Position numbers and translations under genes: made by a program. Shown here in pieces: positions 18,355 to 28,594 of a DNA stretch of 41,598 nucleotides. The DNA is from Promethearchaeota archaeon. Lineage in GTDB: Archaea; Asgardarchaeota; Heimdallarchaeia; Hodarchaeales; Hodarchaeaceae. Below the pieces are notes generated by a model that worked only from the letters and a program-made list of their open reading frames with translations, searched no databases and had not been told where the DNA came from. The stretch is taken from the NCBI GenBank assembly GCA_048938105.1, contig JBHLMN010000021.1, positions 1 to 41,598 of the forward strand, written 5' to 3'. Within the stretch, counting starts at the first letter, position 1. The number at the start of each line of letters is the position of its first letter.

Positions 18355-19593
18355 TTAAACTCCCTTTTTCTTTCGTAAGACTGGAACAATAATCAATAAA
18401 ACTAGAATCTCTGGGATTAGAAAACTTGGGATTGGTTGATTCGTTGAGGATGTTTTAGATGAACTTTCTGAGGAGGTTTCCGTGGATGATTCTGATGTTG
18501 TGGATGGAGAAATTTCTCCCTCGAATAGTGCTCTATATCTTGGATCATGCTGAAATGGTTCCCCGCTCCAGATAGGATAGCATATTCTGTACAAGAATGA
18601 TGCCTCCGTGATTCCTAAAGGTGGTATTTTTGTTAATTCGCTCATATTTGAAAAGAATGAACTCCACCATTTATATAACTCGTCTGGAGTTCTCCATGCT
18701 GCCCCTTGCTCTTCTATGGTCTCATTATTTGCAGTAGTTGCATAAGCAGGGAGAGAAGATCCATTTAAACCAAGGTCGTAATTGTCTTGAAATAATGATT
18801 GAAAGATTGGTACACCATTAATCTTGATGATTGCATCTGAAATACCAGTTGTCTTATTTGTTAATGAGATAGATACAGGATTTTCACTACTAATGGTTGT
18901 ACCGAACAGAATTGAAAGACTGTAGCCGCTCAGATCAACATCATCTAAGCGACCATCATCCCAGGAAAATTCGTACGCATCCCAGGCTCCCATTTCAATT
19001 GCTAACTTCAACTCAGAGTAGTCTTGACTAATTTCAAAGGAATATGTTAGATTAACACTATCTATAATAGTTTTTATATCGTATTGTGGTGGACTAGGAT
19101 TGAAAAAACCATCTACTTCTAGGTAACTTACCTCCCAAGTATAGATTCTTTTAGTATCAGTTGTGGTTTTTTCAATTTGGGGAAGGATAATGCCTTGGGA
19201 AGCATTTAACATGATATAATACTTTAATTCCTCCTCTAAGTCAAGAACGCCATTATCATTACTGTCCTGATATAATTCAAATCCTGTTATTATTGTACCA
19301 ACAAAAAATGGGTTATTCGTTACGTTAAATGACTGTCCAAAGAAAGGATAAAATGGAGCTATAGTAGATAAACCAGTCAATTCATCATACATAGTCAATG
19401 ATAGAAATGAGGTCTCTTCTGTATGAACCCATGTATACGAGAGCCTTGAGTTTTTATTAGCAATAGTTCCATAGGAATATTCCTCTTCAACTGGAATGTC
19501 AGCAGCAATTGCAGAGTGATGAAAATTGGTAACAAATAACAACATTGTCGTGATTGCAAACATCTTAAGACAAATTTTAGCTCTTCTCTTCAT
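18355..19593 (-). CDS. Secreted surface protein with S/T-rich linker and C-terminal PSF-type sorting signal
   Basis: Signal peptide; DSNDNGVLD Ca-loop-like motif; STTSESSTETSSESSSKTSST linker; IPSF, then TM, then RKKK. Confidence 0.85.
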   Translation of the reverse strand: MKRRAKICLKMFAITTMLLFVTNFHHSAIAADIPVEEEYSYGTIANKNSRLSYTWVHTEETSFLSLTMYDELTGLSTIAPFYPFFGQSFNVTNNPFFVGTIITGFELYQDSNDNGVLDLEEELKYYIMLNASQGIILPQIEKTTTDTKRIYTWEVSYLEVDGFFNPSPPQYDIKTIIDSVNLTYSFEISQDYSELKLAIEMGAWDAYEFSWDDGRLDDVDLSGYSLSILFGTTISSENPVSISLTNKTTGISDAIIKINGVPIFQSLFQDNYDLGLNGSSLPAYATTANNETIEEQGAAWRTPDELYKWWSSFFSNMSELTKIPPLGITEASFLYRICYPIWSGEPFQHDPRYRALFEGEISPSTTSESSTETSSESSSKTSSTNQPIPSFLIPEILVLLIIVPVLRKKKGV

Positions 19594-19681
19594 CTTTTAC
19601 ACCTAATACTCATTTTTCCTAATATTTAAAATAAGTAAATCTACCTTAGAGACTAAATTTATTTATTCAAATAAATATAGA

Positions 19682-19710
19682 TTAGAACAGTATGAAAAGT
19701 TCTGTTCTAA
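19682..19710. repeat. 9-bp perfect inverted repeat (terminator hairpin or operator)
   Basis: TTAGAACAG-N11-CTGTTCTAA between the aldolase-like gene end and the next gene start. Confidence 0.4.
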
Positions 19711-19776
19711 AAATTAGACATGAGAATTTACTAAGTTCTTCATTCATATAGAAAGAAAATTGTATCTGAGAATGTC

Positions 19777-20874
19777 TTAAAAAATGAAGCTATTCAGATT
19801 TTGACCTTCGACTGTTTGATAACAATGATGGAGATTTGCAGTTAGACAAGAATGTATAGGAAAAACCATAAGAATATCACCTATATTTGTTTCTGCAATA
19901 AACTCCTTTTTAGCCTTAATAATGCCATGTTCTTGAGAGACACTTGTAACAAAAGCATTATCAAGCGCTTTACTCCATCCTTTAGTTGTGGGTAAGGCGA
20001 TTTTCCCAAAAGATTTCAAATCATTATCTAAAACTATAAAATCTTTTGATAGATGAACTCCACCACCATAAATAACTAATTCGTTTCTTTCAGGATATTT
20101 AGCAATGATAGGACACCCCACTACCAGAGCAATGTCTTTCTCTTCACATGCTCCTGATTTAACTTGTATTAAATCATAAAAAACGAAATTTCCAGGACGA
20201 ATTTCATCAACGCCAGAAAAATCATCAACAACACTGCATGTGGGAGTATCTCCAACAGATATTTTGATATTATTATATCCTTTTGATAAAAGATACTCTT
20301 TGATATAGTTCATTCTAATAACAGAATCGTTAAAGATCTTTTTTAGTTCTGAGACAGAATTTGCATGATAAGCATGCCCTGCATGAGTTAGGATTCCTGA
20401 AAGATGTAGATTATCTACTTGATCAATAGCTTTCACAATGTTTTCGATTTCTGCAGTATTTTGCCAATTTACTCCAGTGCGATGATATCCAATATCAATC
20501 TCAATCCACATTTTTAATTGATGGTTTATCCTCTTTAATGCCTCTATCGATTTAAGATTCTCAACTAGTAAATTAATCGATATTTTTCCAGCTAGTTTGT
20601 TAATATGATTAATTTGCTTGATGTTTACAGGGACAGCGATAGTGATATCGGTCCATCCATGGTCAGCAAAATAATTAGCCATATCGACTGATGAAACTGT
20701 TATTGAATTTACCCCATAATCTCTAAACCATCTCCCTATATCAGCTGACTGATGAGTTTTAAAATGAGGTCTAAAGTTAATATCTGATTTCTTCGCCTTA
20801 TTAGCCATACGTTCAATATTTTTACGAACTCGTTTTTCGTCAACTATTGCTGTTGGTTTCTCAATTTCAATCAT
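19777..20874 (-). CDS. Fold-type III PLP enzyme, D-threonine aldolase / D-serine dehydratase (DSD1) family
   Basis: FRPHFKTH (PLP Lys), HRTGV, THAGHAY, GDTP, EIRPGNFVFYD, SQEHG, HSC (metal ligands). Confidence 0.9.
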   Translation of the reverse strand: MIEIEKPTAIVDEKRVRKNIERMANKAKKSDINFRPHFKTHQSADIGRWFRDYGVNSITVSSVDMANYFADHGWTDITIAVPVNIKQINHINKLAGKISINLLVENLKSIEALKRINHQLKMWIEIDIGYHRTGVNWQNTAEIENIVKAIDQVDNLHLSGILTHAGHAYHANSVSELKKIFNDSVIRMNYIKEYLLSKGYNNIKISVGDTPTCSVVDDFSGVDEIRPGNFVFYDLIQVKSGACEEKDIALVVGCPIIAKYPERNELVIYGGGVHLSKDFIVLDNDLKSFGKIALPTTKGWSKALDNAFVTSVSQEHGIIKAKKEFIAETNIGDILMVFPIHSCLTANLHHCYQTVEGQNLNSFIF

Positions 20875-20885
20875 GTTTACTCACT

Positions 20886-22079
20886 CTAATGAATAGTCTT
20901 CTTCCAGAACTCTGGATAAATAAATCCTGATCCAGTTCCAAAAAGCACAATAGAATCAGAAGAAGAGATAAAATTTATATCTAGTAGCTTTTCAATCCCT
21001 GCAAAGGTAGCAGCGCCTTCTGGGGATTGCATGATGCCTTCTATTTTTGCAAGTTTCTTCATTGCAACTAGGATTTCCGAGTCTTTCACTTCAACTGCTG
21101 TTCCATTTGATTCATTAAGTGCTTTCAATATTAAATAATCACCTATAGCTGCCGGAACCCTTAGACCGAGTGCAAATGTCTGAGCATCCTCCCAAAATTC
21201 CACTATTCTTTTTCCATCTTGAAAAGCCTTTACTATCGGAGCACAACCAGATGACTGAACGGTAACCAATCGTGGCCTATCTGGCCCGATCAATCCTACA
21301 GATTCTAATTCATCAAAAGCTTTCCACATACCAACAATTCCTGTTCCTCCACCTGTTGGGTATACTAATACATCAGGAACAGTCCAATTAAATTGTTCAA
21401 CAACTTCAAAAGCCATGGTCTTTTTTCCTTCTACCCGATAAGGTTCTTTAAGCGTTGAAACATCAAACCATTTGTTTGTTTTAGTTGCAAGTTTGCATTT
21501 ATCTGCGGCATCTGTGATAAGTCCTGCCACAAGCCTTAAATCTCCTCCTAAGGAAATCACTGTACTTTGTAAAAAATTTGTTGTATCTTCTGGCATAAAT
21601 ACATGAGCTTTTGTTCCTGTATAGGCTGCGTATGCTGATAAAGCTGCTCCAGCATTACCTGCAGTAGGAATTGAGAAATCCTGAATTCCCAATTCTACCC
21701 CTCTAGATACAGCAGCACACAAGCCACGACTCTTGAATGTTCCCGTTGGATTCTGACCTTCATCCTTAAGATATAGATTCTTTAAACCTAAATGGATTCC
21801 AGAATTCTTTAAACGTATTATAGGCGTCCATCCCTCCCCCAAACTGAATCGGAACCTAGATTCAGTTACAGGCATGATCTCATTTAAGCGCCAAATATTG
21901 TAAACGTTTCTAGTCTGAATTGATTGCTTTGAAAGAGTTTCTTTCGCCTTTTCATAATCATAGATAGGAAACAGAACTTTACCACAAGATTTGCATGATG
22001 TATGCTTTTCTCTGTAATCAAACTCTGTTTTGCAATTTGTACATAATAATTTTACAATACAACTATCTTCATTCCTCAT
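20886..22079 (-). CDS. thrC: Threonine synthase-like fold-type II PLP enzyme with N-terminal Zn ribbon
   Basis: CxxC...CxxC, SLGEGWTP, NPTGTFKSRG, TAGNAG, YRVEGKKT, PTGGGTG. Substrate is not proven. Confidence 0.8.
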   Translation of the reverse strand: MRNEDSCIVKLLCTNCKTEFDYREKHTSCKSCGKVLFPIYDYEKAKETLSKQSIQTRNVYNIWRLNEIMPVTESRFRFSLGEGWTPIIRLKNSGIHLGLKNLYLKDEGQNPTGTFKSRGLCAAVSRGVELGIQDFSIPTAGNAGAALSAYAAYTGTKAHVFMPEDTTNFLQSTVISLGGDLRLVAGLITDAADKCKLATKTNKWFDVSTLKEPYRVEGKKTMAFEVVEQFNWTVPDVLVYPTGGGTGIVGMWKAFDELESVGLIGPDRPRLVTVQSSGCAPIVKAFQDGKRIVEFWEDAQTFALGLRVPAAIGDYLILKALNESNGTAVEVKDSEILVAMKKLAKIEGIMQSPEGAATFAGIEKLLDINFISSSDSIVLFGTGSGFIYPEFWKKTIH

Positions 22080-22207
22080 GTGTAAACATCTTCATAAGAA
22101 AAATAGGATTCTATTGATAAAATTGATTTAATAATTGCTTAAACGCGTTTTTATGATGACAATATTAAACTAACTTTTAGCAGGCTTCTCTATTTAAAAA
22201 AAACATT

Positions 22208-22900
22208 ATGATAATGTTAGGACGTGCAACTGTGTCAAAAGATGTATCACATGATATCAATCTAGATAACATCAGAGAGAATTTCAATAAATACACAAGA
22301 AAAGCATTTCTGATGCTTCCAGAATTGGAAAGTCCACGCATATTGGACATAGGATGTGGTTCAGGAGTTCCAACTATCGAATTAGCTAAATTAAGTAATG
22401 GAAAAATCATTGGTATTGATAAAGATCAATCTCTCTTAGACAAATTGAAAAAGAAAATTGAAGGTGAAGGTCTTACACGTCAAGTAAAAACTAAAAAATG
22501 CTCTTTATTTGAGATCGATTTCCCAGATGCGAGTTTCGATATTATATGGGCTGAGGGTGTCGCTTTTGTAGATTTCAAAAAGAGACTTAAAATGTGGAAA
22601 CGGTTAATCAAGAAAAATAAGTTCTTAGTTCTTCATGATGACAATAAAAACATATCTAAAAAACTCAAGATAATTCCTAATCTTGGATATAGACTTGTAG
22701 GTCATTTTTCTTTACCTGAGGACAGTTGGTGGACAGAATATTATCTTCCCCTTGAAAAAAAATTAATCAAATTACGGTCAAAATATTCAAATGATCCACA
22801 AGCTCTTAAAATAATTGAGAAAAACCAAAAAGAGGTTGATTTGGTCAAAAAGAACCCCAAAGAAGTTGGCTCAACCTTTTATATTATGCAGAAACTATGA
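22208..22900 (+). CDS. Class I SAM-dependent methyltransferase
   Basis: ILDIGCGSG, IIGID, SFDIIWAEG. The true start may be GTG 22232. Confidence 0.9.
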   Translation: MIMLGRATVSKDVSHDINLDNIRENFNKYTRKAFLMLPELESPRILDIGCGSGVPTIELAKLSNGKIIGIDKDQSLLDKLKKKIEGEGLTRQVKTKKCSLFEIDFPDASFDIIWAEGVAFVDFKKRLKMWKRLIKKNKFLVLHDDNKNISKKLKIIPNLGYRLVGHFSLPEDSWWTEYYLPLEKKLIKLRSKYSNDPQALKIIEKNQKEVDLVKKNPKEVGSTFYIMQKL

Positions 22901-22963
22901 TGATTTGAATGCGAGAATTTGAAAACTGTAAGTTGAAAAGTGCAATCACTTGAGGTTTTATCA

Positions 22964-24463
22964 ATGGAAGAGTATAAAGTATTACTGAAGAAGATCAAAG
23001 ACTATCTTGTTCTTAAGCAGATAGAAAACATTCTAGACTGGGATTTTGAGACACATATGCCACCTAAGGGAGTAAAACAACGTTCAGAAGAACTTGCAAT
23101 GATCGCTGCTTTGAAACACGACAAAATTGTCGATCCAGAGATAGGAGAACTTCTAGAGAGGATCAAAAATGATCCAAGCTATTCTTCTTTAAGTGATTTA
23201 GAAAAAAGGGAGATTTATCTAATTGAACGGAAATACAAAAGAGAAGCGAAGATACCTAAAGAATTAGTGGAAGAGTTAGCTAAACAGAAACCTGTCGCGA
23301 TTGATGCTTGGAAAAGAGCAAAAAAAGAAGCCAAATTCAAGCTTTTTCAACCTGAACTCGATATGACCATTGAACTTACGAAAAAGAAAGCACATTACTT
23401 AGATCCAGATAAAGAACCTTTTGATGCTCTTGTGGATGAATTTGAACCGGGATTAACTTCAGCTCAATACACAACTCTTTTTGAGGAGTTAAAAAAAGGA
23501 TTGATACCGATAATTCAAAAATGTGTCAGTTCACCCAACCAACCTGACCTTTCGCTATTAAGACGAAAATGTTCTATTGAGATCCAAAAGCAATTATCAG
23601 AAGATATCTCCAAATTAGTTCATTATGACCTAGAACGGGGTAGGATTGATGAGACTGAACATCCCTTCACTACTGGATATTATGATGATGTTCGGATAAC
23701 AACCCATTATTATGAGGAGGATTTTTCTAACTCATTTTATTCGGTACTCCATGAAGCTGGGCATGGTTTATACGACCAGAATTTATCAAAGAAATATAAA
23801 TATCAGCTAGTAGGAGATTCGGCTTCATATGGGATACATGAGTCTCAATCGAGATTTATTGAGAATCTTATTGGTCGAAGTCGTGAATTCTGGGAATTTT
23901 ATTTCCCCAAATTTAAAGAAATGACTGGTGATGTTTTTTCTGAGGTTGAACAAGATCCTTTTATCCATGCAATTAACTTTGTTAAACCCTCCAAAATTCG
24001 CATTGAAGCAGATGAGGTTACTTACTGTTTGCACATAATTATTCGATTTGAGATCGAACGTGACTTATTGTCAGGAAAAATCACTATAGAGCAGCTTCCA
24101 GAAATATGGAATGCGAAATATAAAGAATATCTTGGTGTGGATATTAAAAATGACTCTGAGGGAGTATTACAAGATACACATTGGGCTGGTGGATACTTCA
24201 GTTATTTCCCATCGTATGCTATGGGGAACATCTATAACGCACAGATGTTGGCTAAAATTGCCGAAGATATTCCTGATTATAAAGAATTCATGAAAAAAGG
24301 ACAATTTAAACCGATTATTGATTGGCTTATCGAGAATGTCCATAAGTACTCAAATTTATATGACCCTTTAGAACTTCTAAAAACAATTACTGGTGAAGAG
24401 ATTAATCCTAAATATTTCATTGATTATCTAGAGGAAAAATACTCAAAGATTTATGGATTCTGA
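22964..24463 (+). CDS. Thermostable carboxypeptidase, M32 family
   Basis: HPF, DVRITT, HEAGH, HESQS, IRIEAD, GVLQDTHW, YFPSY. ATG 22964 follows GAGGT. Confidence 0.96.
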   Translation: MEEYKVLLKKIKDYLVLKQIENILDWDFETHMPPKGVKQRSEELAMIAALKHDKIVDPEIGELLERIKNDPSYSSLSDLEKREIYLIERKYKREAKIPKELVEELAKQKPVAIDAWKRAKKEAKFKLFQPELDMTIELTKKKAHYLDPDKEPFDALVDEFEPGLTSAQYTTLFEELKKGLIPIIQKCVSSPNQPDLSLLRRKCSIEIQKQLSEDISKLVHYDLERGRIDETEHPFTTGYYDDVRITTHYYEEDFSNSFYSVLHEAGHGLYDQNLSKKYKYQLVGDSASYGIHESQSRFIENLIGRSREFWEFYFPKFKEMTGDVFSEVEQDPFIHAINFVKPSKIRIEADEVTYCLHIIIRFEIERDLLSGKITIEQLPEIWNAKYKEYLGVDIKNDSEGVLQDTHWAGGYFSYFPSYAMGNIYNAQMLAKIAEDIPDYKEFMKKGQFKPIIDWLIENVHKYSNLYDPLELLKTITGEEINPKYFIDYLEEKYSKIYGF

Positions 24464-24480
24464 AGATCTTATTCCTGTTA

Positions 24481-25557
24481 CTATATAGGGATGAAGGTAT
24501 CTTCTTCTATTACGGATCTTATAAATTCAACACTCAATTTTACAATATTTTCAACATCATCTAGGCAAATGACTTCAGACGCAGTATGCATGTACCGATT
24601 AGGAATTTCAATTAACGCTGTTGCTGCACCTGTTAATTGAATAGCATTAGCATCAGTTCCAGTCCCTCGATGCCACGCCTTTTTCTGATAAGGGATATTA
24701 CAATTGTCAGCAGTATCTGTGAGTCGTTTAAAAAGAACTGGATTGATATTGGGCCCTCGTACAATTATTGGGCCCCCTCCAAGTTTTGTATCACCTACCA
24801 GCTTCTTTTTGACCTCTGGGGAATCAGCCGCATGGCCTACATCGAATGCAATACCAACTTGAGGTTTAAGTGCTCTGGCTGCAACTGTAGCTCCTCGAAG
24901 GCCTATCTCTTCCTGAACTGTAGAAACACCATACACTCCTGCATAAAATTCTTTATTTTTTGCTAATTGAGACATTATTTCTGCGACAATAAAAGCCCCA
25001 ATGGCATCGTCAAATCCAGCTGCCACTACAAAATTATGGTTCCCTAATTTTTGGAAACTATAATCAAAAACAGCAAAATCACCAACATCTACTTTTTTCT
25101 CTGCCTCTTCTTTTGAAATACAACCAATGTCAATAAACAATTTTTCCATTTCAGGTACTTTTTTCCTTTCATCAGGTTTCATTAAATGAATAGCCTTCTT
25201 TCCAATAACACCAGGAATCAAACCTTTTCCTCCATTAACCTTTACTCGTTTTCCAGGCAGAGTGGTGACATCGAAACCGCCCAGAGGTAAGAACCATAAG
25301 TACCCATTTTTATCAATATGAGTTATTTGGAAACCGATTTGGTCAATATGACCAGCTAACATAATTTTAAAAGAACTTTCTGGATTAATCACTGCGTAAA
25401 GATTTCCTACACGATCTGCATAGATTTTATCAACATTTTTCCTAAGATATTGCTTAATCCCTTGCTGTGCTGTTAATTCGTATCCTGTTGCTCTTGGTGT
25501 TGTTACTAATTTTTTTAGAAAGGCTTCATTAACATGATAAGACATTTTATTGATCAC
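24481..25557 (-). CDS. M42-family (TET/Frv-type) aminopeptidase
   Basis: GHIDQIG, FDDAIG, STVQEEIGLRGA, GTDA, PNRYMHT. Confidence 0.93.
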   Translation of the reverse strand: MINKMSYHVNEAFLKKLVTTPRATGYELTAQQGIKQYLRKNVDKIYADRVGNLYAVINPESSFKIMLAGHIDQIGFQITHIDKNGYLWFLPLGGFDVTTLPGKRVKVNGGKGLIPGVIGKKAIHLMKPDERKKVPEMEKLFIDIGCISKEEAEKKVDVGDFAVFDYSFQKLGNHNFVVAAGFDDAIGAFIVAEIMSQLAKNKEFYAGVYGVSTVQEEIGLRGATVAARALKPQVGIAFDVGHAADSPEVKKKLVGDTKLGGGPIIVRGPNINPVLFKRLTDTADNCNIPYQKKAWHRGTGTDANAIQLTGAATALIEIPNRYMHTASEVICLDDVENIVKLSVEFIRSVIEEDTFIPI

Positions 25558-25632
25558 CAGCTTATAGTATATACCTTTAAAAAAGTCAATTCTTATTTTT
25601 ATTGGCTTAAATGTTTGAGAGCTGCTGTGTCA

Positions 25633-28428
25633 TTAATCTAGGTGAAGAGGAAGTTGTATTACAAATGATGCTCCCTGGCCTTTTCCTTTACTTTGAGCGA
25701 CTATAGTACCCCCGTGTGCTTCCATGATTTTACGACTTAAGTATAAACCAATTCCTGTCCCACCAGCAGCGTATTCTGTATCAAAACTCACAAATTGATC
25801 AAAAATAGCTTCTAAATGTTCTGTATTAATACCTGCACCGTTATCTTCAATATTGATACGAATCTCATTGAGAAACACCTCAACTGTTACGATAATTTTT
25901 CTATGCTCTTTGGATGTGTGTTTGATAGCGTTATCAATCAGATTTTCTAATACCTGCTGTAATCTGCCAGGATCAGCTGATATAGTTAATTCCTCTCTTT
26001 CACAACCTTGAAATGTGAATTGATCCTCTAAAAGGTGTTTATAAGGAGTTAAGCTTGTATTAAGGAATGAACATAAGGAAATATCAGTTTTTGTTAATTT
26101 AAACTGACCTGTCTGTTGGATATGAGCGATCTGTGCAACATCTTTCGATAGTCTTTCAAGACGGTCAATATTACTTCTCATAACGCTATATATTTTGTTT
26201 CGGCGAGATGGGTCAATAAATTCATCATGTTTTCTTAAAAAATCGCAATATCCTGCAATAACTGTTAATGGTGTTCGAATTTCATGCGAGGCCATGTAAA
26301 TAAAGTTTTCTCGACGTTTTTCCAGTTCTAATCGTATATTTTCTGCTTTTTTACGGTCTGTCACATCTCTGTTTATCATACCAATTCCGTTACCAACCTT
26401 AAAAGCTTGTACAGAATAATACTTCTCACCAAATTTTGGATGAGGAATAAAGCTTTCTAGGAAGAAAGGTTTTCCTGTTTTAATGACTTCAACATATTTG
26501 TCATATCTACCACTTTCCTTAATATCAGGTATCAATTCTGCAATATTTTTCCCAATTATATCATCCCTTACGGAAACTTCTGGAAATGCATCTATAACAG
26601 CTTGATTACAATCGACTAAGCAAAAATTTGAATCCCAAAGTTCAATGGGGTCAGTTACTGAGTCCATAAAAGCCCTTAATCTTTCCTCACTTTCTCGATG
26701 TGCGTTTTCTACTTGTTTTAGTTTAGTAACATCAACCACAGACACAATTATTCTCAAAAGGTTTTCTTCAAAACCTGGTACAACAGAAATAGTCACAACC
26801 GCATCAATCGGCTCCCCAGTTAACTTAAAACCAGGATATTCACTTTCAAACATCGTCTCCCCATTATATAGTGCAAGAATTTCATCCTTAAAAACATCAT
26901 ATGCCTGTTCATTGAAAAAAACACCTAGACCTTCTAAAAATTCTTCTTTAGTTTTCGCGTTGTACAGTTTCAAAGTACTGTTGTTCACATCAATAATCCT
27001 TACCATATTAGCGAGTTTTTTCACTTCTTCAGGATAAGTATCAAGATAATATCTAAGATCCTTAATTCCTCTCGCTTTCAAGATGTCAAGATATTGTTTC
27101 GCGTCAGAAAAGTCCTCTTCCCAAAGGCTGATTGGAGAGCTCTCAAACAACATACGATATCTCTGTTCACTTTCTCGTAGAGCGAGTTCTACTTTCTTAA
27201 GCTTAGTAATATCAGTTGTTATACCCAAAATGGCTTTCTCTCCCTCAAAATCAATTAATTTTGTCGTACCCAATACATCAATTCGAGTTCCATCTTTGGA
27301 AATGATAGCATATTCGAGTGGTCCAATATCTTCTCCATTCATGTGTTTTGAAAAATTTGATTTAATTTTCTCAATATATTCTGGCGCTATTAGAGTAAGA
27401 AAGTTAAAATTTGATGAATATATCTCCTGTCGTTTATACCCTATGATTTCCTTACTTTTTTTGTTTGCGTAAACAATCTTACCTCTCTTATTTAACCAAA
27501 TCATGTTTGATGATTCTTCTGCTAAAGATCTGAATTTTTCCTCTGATTCTTTCAACGCGTGTTCTATTATTTTGCGTTCTGTAATGTCACGTAAAATTCC
27601 TAATGAGCCTTGAGGCTTTCCATTTTTAATGATTGGTGCCAGGTTGATCTCAACTGTTATAGGATTACCTTTTTTGTGTATAAGCTGTCGTTCAACAAAT
27701 CTCCCTGTTTCTCCTGAAATGATTATTTTCTTGAAGTCCTCAGTCGCTCGGGGGGCTTCATCAGGTGACATAAAATTACTAAAATGTCTTCCTACGGCTT
27801 GATCAGGTGTGTATCCAAGGATTCTTTCCACAGCAGGAGAAATATAGACGATTGTCCCATCTAAATCAGCTTGGTAGATTATGTCAACACTTGTTTCAGC
27901 GATTATTCGGAATTGTGCTTCACTCTCTCGAAGTGCTAACTCTGCTTGTTTACGTCTTGTAATATCTGTCCAAAAACCCACAATTTCCAGAGGATTTCCT
28001 CTGTCATCCCGAATGAGGTTCGCTTCATCCATCATCCACTGATAGGTTCCTTCTTTGTTTTTGAATCGATATTCTTCACTGTAATACTCATTTTCAAAGA
28101 CTTTTCTAACAGAAGCAATACAGCGTTCTTCATCATCAGGATGTAAATTATCTTCCCAAAAATCAGGTCGATTGATGAAATTCTTAGGATCATATCCTAG
28201 AACTTCTTTGACCTTCTCACTAATATATATTGTTTCATGATTGCCATCAGGAACACAGGAATAGATGACAGCAGGGTGGCTATTAATTAGAGTCTCTAAT
28301 CTCTTTTTTGTTTTAAAAAGTTCTCTTTCTGCTTGAAAAGCATTTTGAGCTGTTATCTCTTCACCTATTATTAGCTTAGCATCCTCAGGGATGTCTTCAC
28401 GTAGAAGTAACTGATGCAGAGAGATCAT
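25633..28428 (-). CDS. Cytoplasmic multi-PAS sensor histidine kinase
   Basis: About five PAS/PAC units ending in DIT.RK..E..L.ESE; H-box ASHEIRTPLT; N-box NLIDNAIKH; G1 DNGAGI; G2 GTGIGL; no TM segment. Confidence 0.95.
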   Translation of the reverse strand: MISLHQLLLREDIPEDAKLIIGEEITAQNAFQAERELFKTKKRLETLINSHPAVIYSCVPDGNHETIYISEKVKEVLGYDPKNFINRPDFWEDNLHPDDEERCIASVRKVFENEYYSEEYRFKNKEGTYQWMMDEANLIRDDRGNPLEIVGFWTDITRRKQAELALRESEAQFRIIAETSVDIIYQADLDGTIVYISPAVERILGYTPDQAVGRHFSNFMSPDEAPRATEDFKKIIISGETGRFVERQLIHKKGNPITVEINLAPIIKNGKPQGSLGILRDITERKIIEHALKESEEKFRSLAEESSNMIWLNKRGKIVYANKKSKEIIGYKRQEIYSSNFNFLTLIAPEYIEKIKSNFSKHMNGEDIGPLEYAIISKDGTRIDVLGTTKLIDFEGEKAILGITTDITKLKKVELALRESEQRYRMLFESSPISLWEEDFSDAKQYLDILKARGIKDLRYYLDTYPEEVKKLANMVRIIDVNNSTLKLYNAKTKEEFLEGLGVFFNEQAYDVFKDEILALYNGETMFESEYPGFKLTGEPIDAVVTISVVPGFEENLLRIIVSVVDVTKLKQVENAHRESEERLRAFMDSVTDPIELWDSNFCLVDCNQAVIDAFPEVSVRDDIIGKNIAELIPDIKESGRYDKYVEVIKTGKPFFLESFIPHPKFGEKYYSVQAFKVGNGIGMINRDVTDRKKAENIRLELEKRRENFIYMASHEIRTPLTVIAGYCDFLRKHDEFIDPSRRNKIYSVMRSNIDRLERLSKDVAQIAHIQQTGQFKLTKTDISLCSFLNTSLTPYKHLLEDQFTFQGCEREELTISADPGRLQQVLENLIDNAIKHTSKEHRKIIVTVEVFLNEIRINIEDNGAGINTEHLEAIFDQFVSFDTEYAAGGTGIGLYLSRKIMEAHGGTIVAQSKGKGQGASFVIQLPLHLD

Positions 28429-28594
28429 AATATATAGACATACAGATCATAGATTTTAAAGATTGGTTTTTATTGTCCTCCTAAGAAAAGAAATATTATT
28501 TAATGGAAAAAGCCTTTAATAGAAAATTGATATGTTAAGAAACTTCAAGGAAAACATTAACTTCATCAAATAAGTCTAAAGGAATTGTCCATAA

